Source of the DNA: Nageia nagi
Taxonomy: Eukaryota; Plantae; Pinophyta
Direction of reading: 5' to 3'
Assembly: GCA_050084985.1 (NCBI GenBank)
Contig: JBITNC010000002.1
Span: forward strand, 1,798,001 to 1,862,000
DNA length: 64,000 bases
Part shown: positions 1-13,900 of the stretch, one piece after another
Position numbering within the stretch: position 1 is the stretch's first letter
Layout of the letters: every line of letters begins with the position of its first letter
Notes under the pieces: generated by a model
Told to the model about the DNA's origin: nothing
The model's database searches: none
The model's input: the letters and a program-made list of their open reading frames with translations, nothing else
Position numbers and translations under genes: made by a program

Positions 1-1890
1 ACTTGTTGTGTTGTGGTTAAAGGTTGAACAGAAATAAATGATTGTTGACAAGAAAGAATAAAGTGCATTTGCAACAAAACTAAACAATAAGAATGATTTT
101 TGTTTTGTCTACCACATAGAATAAACTATTAAATGGATAAAGGATGAAATTGAAAAATACTTGAAAGTAATGGATATAAATGATGATGAAGAATGTCTAT
201 TCGAAGAACATTCTACAAACCCTCCAAATGAAGATAATAAGGAGAAATTTTGAATTGCTCAAAAATGTTAATAAATATGAGTGGAAGCGTTTGCCCCCAT
301 TCATCCATGGATTGCAAACTACCAATAGTCTGAATGGTGAAGTTTTGCAGACTACTAGAAGCTTGTAGAGAAGGACTACCAAAAGTCTATTTGATGTGTA
401 AGTTGGAGGAGTTGGTCCCAAACCATTATTTGTTTGATGAAATTATAAAATAGTTTACTATGATTTCATGCTACTTGATGGTCATAAAGATACAATAGTT
501 GTGATCTATATATTGTTGGATGGTCATGCCATTAAAGTTTGTTGGATGTTCATGATTGGATGTGTGTGTCCTCATTTATAATTTTTGTAGAGATGTGTTT
601 GTCCATGTTTACACCGCCATGTTTTTGTCATGGATAGATATGTTTGTCTCTATCATTTCTTGGTTGTGACAATGTTCAATCATTATTATGTAAGTTACTT
701 TTAAGACGGGTAAGTTTTTAAAACTTCCTAGGTTGGATATAATGGTAGATGTCCAATCAATACCACACATGACAAGATGATAAATGCTCAAGTCATTACC
801 ACCTGAAGAATGAAGATGGTAAATACCCAACCATTGTCACATGAAGTTTAAAAATCAATGAACCCATTGTCGTCTAAGTATTACGTTGACAAAATTTAAA
901 AATTTGTCATTAAGAGAAGGTGTTACATATATTAATGATTATTGTAATAAGTTGAATAGTATCTCAACAAACTTTGTAATTAATGAATGTTAAGTTATGT
1001 TGAATTCTTAATTGCTTGTTATAACAACTTAGTTAAAAAGTTAAGCTATTCTTGTGATGCATCTTCCTATTTAACAGTAAAAATGATAATAATGTATTTT
1101 GGCATCTTAGTATTGGGGTTAGTTCTTTCTAAACCATTCAATACTTTACAGAATACAAGTACAATCTTGATCATGGATTATATAAACTTCATTGCAGACT
1201 TCACTACGAACGTACTGCTTAGTTTACGGCTTAAAAAAGAAAAGTTTTAACTGACATATATAATAATTTTAGTTTGAGCAAATACAAAGGATAACGACTT
1301 GACTCTGCATTCTACAAAGATTTCAAACTCTCATTTTGATTGTCAGCGGTATGGACAGCTCTTTCTCAACTGAACCAACAGTGATCACCAACCAAACCAA
1401 AAAAATTAAGCTATCATAATTTTCGAAAGCTGGGATAACTGTATTTCTGTTGTTTGCACATTGCATACAACATCTAGTCTCTAAAATACACGAAAAAATA
1501 ATCTGATAGAAAGGGTGTGCTCTCATCAATTACTAAGAACATAGTTAAGGAAACAATGAAATCAGCACTACTCTTGGATACAAATGACTAGGATATGTAC
1601 TCAAAATGCACCAGCTATGGTACAAAGATGCTGTCATTGGAAGCGTACTTGCAATGAAAGTTCTGCAGAGTAATACAATGTTTAACGTTACATTTGCTAA
1701 CAACATGTGTACCGCAATAACTGCTATATGTTTATAGCCATCAAAACTTGCAAAAGACGGATACTAAGAGGACAATGAATACAAAAAATAAAATTACGGC
1801 AATGAGAAGAAAACCATCTCAACAGTAAGGCTTCAGTAGAGCTTTGATAAAGGAAATATGGATAACTGAACTTTTGTCTCTTTCCTTGTC

Positions 1891-1959
1891 TCATCTAACC
1901 TTCTGTCTAGACAAGGATTGAGTAAAAGATGAGCCTGCTGTTCCTCGCTGTCGCTTTAC
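1891..1959 (-). CDS. NBS1: NBS1 last coding exon
   Basis: [13 protein letters not shown] (RGTAGS conserved); TGA at 1893-1891. Confidence 0.9.
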   Translation of the reverse strand, partial: VKRQRGTAGSSFTQSLSRQKVR

Positions 1960-4900
1960 CTGTGCAACAGAATAAAAAATATAATTTTCGATGTATTTTC
2001 TGGGTTAATCAAAAGAAAAAAGAAAAAAATGTGCATTTCCTGCCAAGAATCCCAGGAATTATATCACAAAAATGCATACTCGATCAGAATTAAATAGGTC
2101 TTCTGAAAGAGCTTCAGCTTCTTTCCGCTTTTTCTCCTCCCTTATATAATCGGCCATTTCTCGTGCATAATCAGATTCTCTGTACTAAGTCAATAATGCA
2201 TCATATGACAGCCAAGATTTTAATCAGCAGTAAGTAGAGTAATTAAGCATAGAAATTTCACGTGCAAGCTAGACAATCTCCCAAGCTCATTAGCCATTTT
2301 TTTAATTTCATGTTTTACAAGAAGATTCAATATCTACAGGAGTTGAACAAGTAGCCTTACTTGTAAGGAGCTTTAGCAAAGGGAATCAGATCACTGAAGT
2401 TGTTCCCAGATAGTGCATTTTTCTGCAAAGCCATCCAAAAAATCTAAGAGCAATGAGAAACAACCTCGCTGATTTGCATATACTACAACAAATACAGGTG
2501 AGGCTTTAATAAGAATTATTCATGCACACAGAAAGTAAATATTCTTTCTTGTGTGCCTGATTTTTTATCTCTATCTTCTACATGTTCATATAGATAACAA
2601 ATTGCCCACAAGGGTTGCATACATGGCACACAGATATCCACAAGGTTTGAAACTCAGCCTCTTCCATGAGAGAGCCAACTCAACTGATATTATCATATAT
2701 GATACCAAAATGATACAATAAAGGAACTACAGCTTTGTTGCCAGATTTTGTGATATAAAAGCAGTAAGTAGTAACTAATCACATTAGAATTGTCAAGAAA
2801 TGTTTAGAGACATTTCAAACATAAGGTTTTGACATATACAACCAGGATGCGAGACAACATGTTTGATGATCAAAATATAGATAAAATCTGTACAAATCAA
2901 CATAAAACCACTCAATAAAACCAACATATACAAAAATAGAAAATCTGATAAATGAAAAAAATGACTTGGATGTTATCAGTAGTTTGTATTCAGCACCAAC
3001 CATACTAGTAGGTAAGAAGGATTGTCCATGCCATCTATCGATTTTAAATGAATGAATAAGATAACCATTAACAACAAAATTCCGCTACCATTTTTTGATG
3101 ACATGTTGGTTTCAGTGCGTAGCAGCATAGCATGAAGCACTTCACAAAATAAGAACTCCATTCTAGTACCAAATTTGTATCTGACTGGAGGACATTCCAA
3201 AGACTGCATTTCCAAACCATGGAAGTAACTATGAGTTGAGGGTTATGTCTTTTGGGTTGATTAATGCACATGCGACTTTTCAAACCACTATGAACAACAT
3301 GTTTTGTTCACATCTTAGGAAATTTGTGTTGATCTTCTTTGATAATATCTTGCTTTCAAGTAACGCTTTGAAAGACCATATTTCCCTTGCTGGCCATGTA
3401 CTTTCCATATTGTAGTCCAAAAACTATGCAGACATTGAAATGTAGTTTTAGGAAAAAAGAAATGAACACTAGTCAAATCACTTCAGCATAACGAATTCAG
3501 GTTGACCTGTCAAAACATGATGTGATAAATAGATGGTCCACACCAAAAGTCATCTCCAACATACAAGGATATTAAGGCCTAGTGGAATATCGTCATCTTC
3601 TTATTTGACCAGTAGAATTATAGAACAGCAACTTTGATAGATTTATTTGAAAATGAGTAGTGTGTAACTTTGTAGAGAGGAAGATTTAAAAAAAAAAAGA
3701 CAATGAAGTCTCAAAAACTTATAGAAGGCTCACAAAATTGTCGACTCCAATGTCAACTACACCTCATCCTACACACTTTGCCAAAGAATGCGATATATCA
3801 AGTTCAAAGATTGGAGTTTTTCTGATACAAGTCATAAACTAAAGAACAAAGGAGAAACTGGAAACAACATACGATAAAAGGACACAAGCAACCATTCAAA
3901 TTTTGGCCAAGTGGAGATGTTACTTTTTAAGGAGCAAATGTATGGTGAAGAAGAACTATGGCAAGAAGATAGATGCCAACTAAGAAGAAGAGACTTAAAG
4001 AGATTCAAACTTATGATTTCAAAATTTTGAATAATAAATTCTAGGATGATATTTTTTAAGAAGCAAATGTTCGATGAAGATCGACTATGGTAAAAAGAGA
4101 GATGCCAATTAAGAAGTAATGAATTGAAAAGATTCAAACATATGATTTCAAGATTCTGAATAATAAATTCTAGAGAATGTGGCATATGCTATCTCAATAT
4201 AATTTCAAGATTCTGAATAATAAATTCTAGGATGATATCTAGTGTAAGGATAATGAGAATGTGGCATATGCTATCTCAATTGTTACTGTGGAATAGGTTA
4301 AATAAATTCAAGAAGAATAAGTTGAGGATGAAAGTATACTAGAATTGTCGAGAATATTGAGAAGTATCCCTATTTCACTTGAAGAACAATATACTACAGC
4401 TCGGAGACAATAGATAATCACCAGCTACTTCAAAGTTCAAGATACTGGTATTAAAAGAGAGTCCCAATTCAGGTCATGTTGGATTCTTTAAGAATCAATT
4501 AAGACCTATTACAATCAAGATATTATGGCAGAAAGAAATGAGAAAAAAATGTGCGCAAATATGTTATCAAACGTGATATTTGCTGGAGGCACAAAAATAA
4601 AAACACTCCCTATCTTGGATTCCTTCAAACTTAGCATTGCAAAATCAAACTTTAAAAGAAATTTCTATGCATTTCATAAATGTCCTAGCTAGAGCTTAAG
4701 GTCAAGATCACATATTTGTGGTGGTTGATTGCTGAACCAAGTATTGTTTCATGGCTACAAATAAGGCCATCATAGTTACGAACTTGTTTAATCTTTAATG
4801 TTTATAGCAATCATGTCTACAAGTTACATGAATTACAAATGATTTTTTGATTGAGATTATGTTCTTTTTTTTTTATAACTAAGGTAAACCGTAAATGTAT

Positions 4901-7900
4901 TATCAAAAAATCATAGGTTTTCTCTACTCCCAGAACCTTAATACATCATTTAGATTTTGATCTCTGTAGTACAAGACTCTATCTAAATTTAAGACTTATG
5001 AACATGATAAATTCCTTTCAGAGTAAGAGACTTTAACAGTCAAAAAGAAAACTGTGGCAAAACCGCAGCAAGAAAGTAGAAACAAGTTGCATCTTATGAC
5101 TGTAGCAAGATCTAAAACTTATGAACCTACGACTTTCCTTCTTTAGTGTTAGCACCAGTGAGTGTTAAAATCCTTGGTTCTTTTGTGATAAAAAGTATAT
5201 GGAAAGCTTGGCAACAAATTCACCCGTGAATAAGATAGAAAGGTGCCAGTTTCCATAATGACCTTTCCATTAACTCTCTCAATGTCTGGTGATCCTTCAT
5301 AATCAATTTTGAAATAAACCCTTTGCTCAAGTCCAATGGTCACGCTCAAAAAACATTTAAACAAGGAATTGTGACAATAGCAGATTTTTTTTCCAGACAA
5401 ACACAAGACTGGATTCCATAGAATGTTTTCAAACGCACTTATCGTTTGAACAGTGCAGACAAAGCCACATACGATATTGTAAGTGAACAGACCCCTTTCA
5501 TTACGTGGCACAAAATTGGGGTGAAAACCCAATGACCATGGTGGAAAGATTGCGTTTGGCATAAGGATACTCTTTGCTCAATTACAAAGTCCGGCTTGGT
5601 TATGCTTGGCTTTCCCAAGCGTTCACCATTTGGAAATTGAGATTTCTCTCAGCCTAGGATCCTTAGAGCGTAAAAAATCCTTTTTTTGCGTGGAGTCTTA
5701 TGTATCACGGCCTTCCCTTAGGCTCCAAGCTTCATCACATGGGAATTCATATATCATTTTGGTTCTACAAGCAAGCAAGGGTTGCTTGAGATTGGATAGC
5801 TTCTTTTTTTACCCCATATATGTTGATTTCCTTCTCCTAACAGCATGCTTTACTAGGGGATTCCTTTACCCTTAATCTACCTGTGCAGGAATTGTGGCAG
5901 ATTTTCAGAGTCAACTTGCCTTTTCATATATGGAAAGCTAGAAACAAAATTGTGTTTTCAAGAAAGTCATTCCATCTTTAGATTTCTCACTTGCTGATAA
6001 ATTGGAAATATTCTATAATGTGTGGTCAAAATTTACGACCAAGCAAACAAAGTGGCTATGGAGTTTCAACACTTGCAGTCCCTAAAAGAATACTGGAGCA
6101 ATGCACATGTTCTATCAGTTAGGTAGCTTTAGACCACTTGTCTCAGGATCGCTCTCGATCCCATTCACATCAACACCCTCCATTGTGTGTTCAATCACAT
6201 CCAGATAATCACTATTGATCTCAACCTCCGCCAATCCCGAAAAGGCTAGATGATGTCAATGTCAGTACCTCCCACCATTCAAACAGGCTGTTGGGAAGGA
6301 TTTCTTTTCTTCCTCACGGAAGGGGTTTTTTAGGGAAGGGTAAACATTATTTTGAGTGAGCTAGTGTTACTTACCCCTGCTTTAAAGGACTTATACCCCA
6401 AGGTTTACATGTCTATCATGACTCCAGACGTTTAACTCTTTCATTTTGGTAAATCTTGGGATGGCTCAGAAAAGGAGGTAGAATGGGTGTTAACTCATGT
6501 TTTAAATAGGCCTCTGGAGTGTTATACAATCAATCAAAAGTTGTTGGTTTTAAACAAGATAAGCCTCATCGTGTTTTCAGAATTAGCGTATAAATGAAGT
6601 CAGCATGACCTAATGTTGCTGAAACTGTCTTCTAGTTTTATGATTCCAGTTAGTTGACCCTTGTTTCCCAGTCCTAGTTGATGTTTGAAGGTGGGGGTTG
6701 GAGCTACTGGTTGCAGGAAATCTGTCTGTTTCAAGGCAGAAGCAATAAATCAACTACTTCGACGTGGTCTTACACCTCTGTGATTTTAAAGCATTTAAGA
6801 AACTCTTCTCAAGAGCTATTCTCTCCTAAATGGATTTTACCTCTATATTTTTACCTAACATTATTTTTCATTTGAAAAATAAGAAAAACAATGTTGGTTT
6901 TGATTTGACAATGCATGTTACAACAACATGAAACAAGACTATCTGTTGTTGCCAAATTAGACAAAAAATATTTGACCAGCTACATATAGATAGCCAAAAT
7001 GAGAAAATTAAAAAAATCCATATATTACCCTTCTAAAGCATTTGAAATTTGGAATAGCCTCCTTTGATGAGAATGTTTTGTTGCCATAGTTCCCATCGTT
7101 TCTGACAACAAGATTTTTATTATATATTATATCAGAAATCTGATGATCGTTTGTCTCAGAAATAACATCTTTTTCTTCTCTCTTAGAGTGGATCTTTGTT
7201 TGAACTTTGAGTTCCAGCATGTTTACAGATTCCATTGCCTCACGAGCACATATTTCAACTGAATTTCTGCCAACAGCCAAGTTCTCATTATCTACAGTAA
7301 CTGTTTCAATTGGCAAAACAGTTTGATTTACAGAAGTGTTTCCAAAAGGCTTTGCAAAAGAGGACTGAGCAGAGCTAACTTCTGAGGAAGACTTGAATTT
7401 TGTTGTTTCATTTACAATTGCAACACTTGTCCTTTCCCCAGCACCGGAAGAACTTTTTGTCTTACATGTTAAAGTTGTCCCTTTTGAATTTATAACCTGC
7501 AGCAATAGTTGCAAAAACATGGCCGATTAATAAACTTCAATATGCATGCAAAGTCTCTGATTGGTGATATACTCATAAGATACCTGATAATGGTTTTCCT
7601 CTTTTCAATATAACAAAGTTTTATCACTGACCTTAGAATACTGGTGTGAGGTGATAACTTCATCCTCGGAATCAGCAACATCAACTGTTTCCTCAGTACG
7701 AGAAGATAAGACAGGGCCTGTAGGCCAAAGAAGATCTAGCTTATCCAACAATTTATATCCACGTACGTATATTTGACTGGTACTTCTAGAATATAATGTC
7801 AAAAATTCTGAAAAGAGAAATAACTCACTCATGGGAAATTTATATGCAGATGCATTAAACTCTCCACACAAAACAGCTATAATTGCTTTATCTTCAGTAA

Positions 7901-10900
7901 GTCTAGGGATTTCCTTGATGTAACGAATTTTATCAGAGTCCATCCCTAAACTGTTTCTTGCACCTTCTTCTGGAACTAGCAGAAAGACACGTTGTGCTGA
8001 TATGTCTTCTTTCTAACATACATCATTACAATCAGGATAAGTAATGCACTTCACAACTATGCAAAGCACTTGTAATTCTTCAATTTGAAGCTAACAAAAA
8101 TGAAATTGTACTTCAGATAGGTTTCCATTCTGACAAAAAGGTAGGTGAGATAAAATGGCAATCAAAAATCCACTTAATTCAACAATAAGAAATAAAAGGT
8201 CCGCAAAGACTACAATAGAATTATATGTATGATCATAGTTAAACCTGGACTTGACAAGCGTTTGGCTCAGCAAAAACTCAGATTTGGTTAAAGCTCAACT
8301 AAAAACTCGAAAAAAAAAAATATCGATTTTTTTCAAATAACATGATAAAATTTATGACTCAACAAAAACCCACAAGTCCATTACCAAACAGGCAAAAACT
8401 CAGTCAAAACAGTCAACCTTAAAAACTAGTAAGTTTAATGTGAGTACTCGTTTTGATCGACTTGATAAGATTACTCATGAGCACTCACCAGACTTGGAGA
8501 GTTTGACAACCATGTGTAATACTATTCAATTTACTTTTAATTCTACTTGAAAGCAATAAAATTGCTAAAAGATTGAACTGAAAATGAATACCAGTGATGT
8601 CCCAATCATGTGGACTTTAATGATAGACTTGGATAACCTAGTACTCTTGAGAAGAGTGAATTTTTGCACGAGGAAACACAAATACAGAATTTTTGGATAC
8701 AGCTACCTGTATACTTCTGCACATCTCAGAAACACGAACCACGGTTGCTCCACAAACTTCCAGCAATTGCTGCAACCTCTCTTCATAATGATACTGCGAC
8801 AAAACATTCTTATAAGGAAAGAGTTGGGAGGTGCAGTTGATTACAAAAATCAAGAATACCAACAACACATACCAAATGTGATAGCCCGATCACAAATGTA
8901 AATCCGGATAAGCATGTTTCCCGAAAATTAGTATCTGCAACCTTGACCACTTCATATTCTTTCCCTCGTTCAAGTGTCAAGGTAGGAGAAAAACTGGACA
9001 GACAACACAAATTATTCTTGAAAGCAGCAAAATAAATGGTATAAGGACAAGTAAGATAGAACATAAAATCTTAAAGGATAGATTTACAAGCACAAAGTGT
9101 AGACTTGAGTTTGTCTAAATTTAATGTTCATTGGCAAAAAGAAATATAAATCTTATAGTTAGCAACATGAAGCACATTCAACACCTTGAGCAGTTTGGTA
9201 TCTCTGAAAGTGAAGATGCCTGTCCCATCATAGCCTAGCATGAACATATAGGCCAACATGTTATAAAACCATCACGTATGGTTTGCATAAAAATAAGGTG
9301 TTCCAGAGTATGAAGACATAATAATAGCAAAATCAATTGAACCTGTGTATTGAATCTAACTTCACCAAAAAGAAACATAAAGCAATCAAGACCCAACACT
9401 TCCCAGTTTTAGCCAATACAAGCCTGAAGTACAACTCTTCACAAAAGTAACTCTAACAATTTATGGTGCACGAGTTCCCTTAAAAGATATAATGATGGAC
9501 AAGGAAGAGCAGCTAGGGCTGAGTGGGCCTAGCCGGACCAGCCTGGAAGAGTATGTAAAGAGGCCTCTTGATATCTTCCAAGCATCTAAGGCCAAGAAGC
9601 TACAGATTCATAGAAGAAGGTAAAAATTGGTGATGCTTTGTTTATCATGACTGCATGACCTGTAGATGGGAAGGAGAAGATGGCCCTCGATGTTGAAGGT
9701 TACCAAGTCTCTCTTGTCTTACAGAAGTGAGAATACTGGATCTTATAAGCATACCTTCAAGTGATCATTGGGAGTGGATCCTTCATAAGTTCATACCATG
9801 TATTCTTAGAGTTTCTTGTATTCTACAGTCAGATTAAAACATTTGCGCAATTGAGCAATGTTGTAAAATGGGTCGTGGTAATAAAAAAACTACACAAGGA
9901 ATTGTAAATACGCAAATGTTTGCCTTTTTTATTTGTAGGTTTGATTTCTGAGGATACAAAAATAAAGACAGGGTATTCAAACATGTATAAATAATAAATT
10001 TGTAATATTATGCAGAATTGGAGACATAAATTAGACTTATCTGGAGGATTAGAAGGTTGCTTGCAAACAATTTGTGATCTTGGAGGGCAAACCCTAGCTA
10101 CAACCAGTAGATCTGGAAGATGGTGAAGAAGATTTTGAAAATGATGATCTTGAAGATGATTTTGAGTTGGGATGATGCTAGAACTAGCACCAAGACATCC
10201 TCGAGCGACCTGGATCAACTATGGGAGTTGCAAGTATTGAGATTAGAATGCCCACGTTCTAGGCCAATGGTGCCAAAGTGTTGGACATTTTTGGACAGCT
10301 TCTTGGATGATTATGTAGCAAAAATAGGAGATGGAAGGTAAAGGTAATAGTTGTTTTTTTTTTTCTTTTTGGTTCGTCTTCTTTTTCAATCCTCTATCTA
10401 AATAAAGACTTGGGAATTCTTTATTTAGGTTTGACAAATTAGATTTTGGATCCATTTGGAAGGACCCATCTAAAACAATGCACATAAAAGTCAACACTAA
10501 CATAGAGGATTTCATTTAAGTTAGCCTAGAATTACTCAAAGTGGACTCAATTTCAAATTGCTATTTTCAATAAGCCAAGTAAATCACTCAAATAAAGTCA
10601 TTTTTAATAATTAGCGTGATAAAACATGAAAAATTCAAAACATTTTGGATATTTCCGCAATGTGATTTTGCAGATATGTTACATGATAATTCAAAATTTG
10701 GTACTTCAAGTTCAAACAATGAAAATTCAAGAAATAATAATCCAAAGGATGAAAATTTGAAAAATGATAATTCAAAAAATGGTACTTCAAGAAACAATAA
10801 TTCAGAGCTTCATAAATCAGTGATACTTGGATTAAAAGAATTTCAAGTTCAAGAAGTTTGAAGTTGCTTCTTCAACATAAACCAAAGAAAATAGGACTGT

Positions 10901-13900
10901 CCCAGATAGAGTTCTAATTCAAGATCTATCTTGGAGATTATGGGCATAAGATACCTGGACATCCACATCCATACCTTCATTTTGGCTAAAACAAAATTGT
11001 CATGCTCATTGTTGGAGGTTCAAGACACCTAGAAAACACCTTCTAGATACCCTCGATCCCTTGGGATTCCAAGGCTCTTGCATATGTATGCCATTTCTTC
11101 ACGATTTTCATGTTTGATAGACTGTTAATATAGTGTTTATTTAACTTGCATTCCCTATTCACTTCATTATAATTGTCATATGATCTTGCACTTGTATATT
11201 GCTTTCATATTTGATATTGCATCATTAGGAGATGTTACAAGTGTTTGTTCATACATACTTCACATTCAAGTATTCAGGACATTCACAGATTGGCCTCACT
11301 GAATGCTGACCCTAAGTTTGAAGAATGACCATGGTTTATCAAGAAAATGTTTATTGCTTGTTTATTCTCATCTTCATAGAAGCACTTGCAAATTAAATAT
11401 TGGAAAAAACAAAAGAAACTTTTCAAGCGCTGAACACAATGCTTTCTTAAATATTTATAGAATCCCATAGCTAATTATGAAATGAGGCCACTGTTGGATG
11501 ATGACGCTAAGGTATCACCAAAACATGATGATGGGTTGTTTAACGCATGGTTTGTGGGTATGGTTTGGTTTAGGGATGTAAGATGCTACAAGTTTCCTAT
11601 ATATTGGATTGCAATATGCCATTTTGGGCAAAGTGTAAAAAGCAATAATATAGGAGTTGTGGCTCTTGTTTTGCTGGAGTTGGTCCCTCATGCATTGTGA
11701 GGGTTTTCTCCAGAGTAAATCTCTTGTGTTCATTTGTGGTTGTGTGCTGTTTCATTAATTTGCACTATATTTCTAGAATAGGTTTCAGTAGATCTCTTCA
11801 GACACTGTAAAATATGAACTAATTTCAAAACTTACTTGAAGCCAGTCATACAGAACAATAGGCTTTTTTGCAATGACGGCATCCAGAATATCATTTGTTA
11901 TAGGAGAAGAGCCTTCCACAACAAGATGTGTACAACCTGATCTCCATTTGTCTGTTGAGTATGCCCCTGAAATAAGAAACCAACCATTGTGCTAATAAAT
12001 AAGTGAAATGGGTTACTACATCTCACCTAAGATTTTGAAAATTGCAATAATTCATAGCGAAGAAGCAATAGTGTAGACAGACATTAGTTAAAAAGAACAG
12101 TACACGAATCACATGGAATGACCAATTCAATATTACGAAAAAAGCTGCAGCTTTACAGTCTAGGACCATAGAACGTTAACTGCCCACCTATTGATGACAC
12201 AATAGCATGTATGTCATGCTTTGAACTCAAGCCTTTTGCTGGTATGCAGAAAAATAATGGTACAAAATTTAACCTGTCAACATTTAATAATCATCAATTA
12301 AAACTAATCTAGATAGATTTCTCATAAGGTTTGGAGAAATCTCAGAAGGACCATCAGGTAACAGGTTAAAGATTCTGAAAATATTCAGATAGTATAAAAA
12401 CTGCTGATTGCATATGTGACTTGAAATCACCTGAATGTTGTGTTAATTGTGCCAAAAGTTATCAAGTCTCCATCCTTCAAAACTGTCTCCTTATTTGGTA
12501 AAGAAAAAACTGGTTTTGAAGCAATTTCCTTGTTGACAAATGTGCCAAACTTTGAAAGATCCTTTAGGCGAATCTCTGGGGAGGGGATATTAGAAAGATC
12601 CTGCAAGGCATTATAAGGAGAAGCTACCCCAACTATGATCTCAGCATGCACACGTGAGATCGTCTTGTCAGTCAAAATTGTTACTGCACAATCTGCCAAG
12701 CCAAAAATCAAATGTTAACTATGGAACCACAAAAGTGATGAAGATATGATGGGATCCATAGAAAAATTCAAAAAAAGAACTGTATACTTTTGCTTTCGGC
12801 AGAAGAGTTACAAGAGCTCCAGTACAGTTGCTTTGCCTTATCTATGTTTCTTGGCAACTTTTATAAATAAAATACACACAGCAATCAAATAGATCTGTAA
12901 ACTAATGCATCCATAATTAAAATACATAGAAAGAAGATGCCTGCAACTCTAAACTCATGATAGAAAGCCCCAATCTCTCAGCAACATATAATAAATGGTA
13001 AATAAAACATCATCCTGGAAATAAACTCAACTTTGACCAAGCTATAATCAAAATCACACAAGTAGCCACCAAAGTAATTACACTGAACAGTTTTGTTGCA
13101 AACATTTTCAGTAGAACCTGAAACTTGTTCATCCTTGGGGAATAATACTCCACCTGGATATCTATTTCCCATTCTCATTCTCCCTTACATCACCATGTGA
13201 CAAGGCTCACATACAAATTAGCAATAAACGCAAACTAATAGTATGTTGAATTTCATCAGAATGAGTCATATATCTTCTTACTTTGTCTCTTAGGCCTTCC
13301 ACCTTAGGTTCCTTATATGAGCTAACCTTCTTTTGCTCATTGTATCTATAATTTACTGACTGAACCTACAAATCTTATATGGCATAAACCTTGACAAGAG
13401 GCATTTCAGCCTCAACATACTGAACATGAGGTAAATTGGTCTCAAAATCAGCCCTTTCATTCAGTGTCTTCATTACTTTCTACCATCTTCATGATTGTTA
13501 TATTCCTTCTATCCACCACGACAATCTTGCTAAGACATATACAAGGATATAATTTGCTTATGATTTCGTTCTTTAAGAAGCTAATCAATATTCTTTTTTC
13601 ATAATGACAAAAAAAATCAAACATTCCTTCTACAATGTTAGCCAACTAAAAAGCAAGTTATGTGTTTCTTGTGCGCAAAAGGGTACATCGCCATCCATAC
13701 TGTTCAAAGGATAAAACACCACATTATTATCCTGTACATCACTTTCTTATGTGAATTACAAAAATAAATTGAGCACCAAGCTTTAGATTTGACGTGCACC
13801 ACACCTCTTTTTGTATTTCATGATTAATGTCAAAATCTTCCCATCGCTCATAACCTATTCTAATTTTTACAAACCATTATTTTAACATCCGAAACTTCCT

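Noticed and set aside
1-1300. Short ORFs downstream of NBS1
   Set aside because: No motifs or splice structure; probably TE-derived intergenic DNA that I cannot classify.
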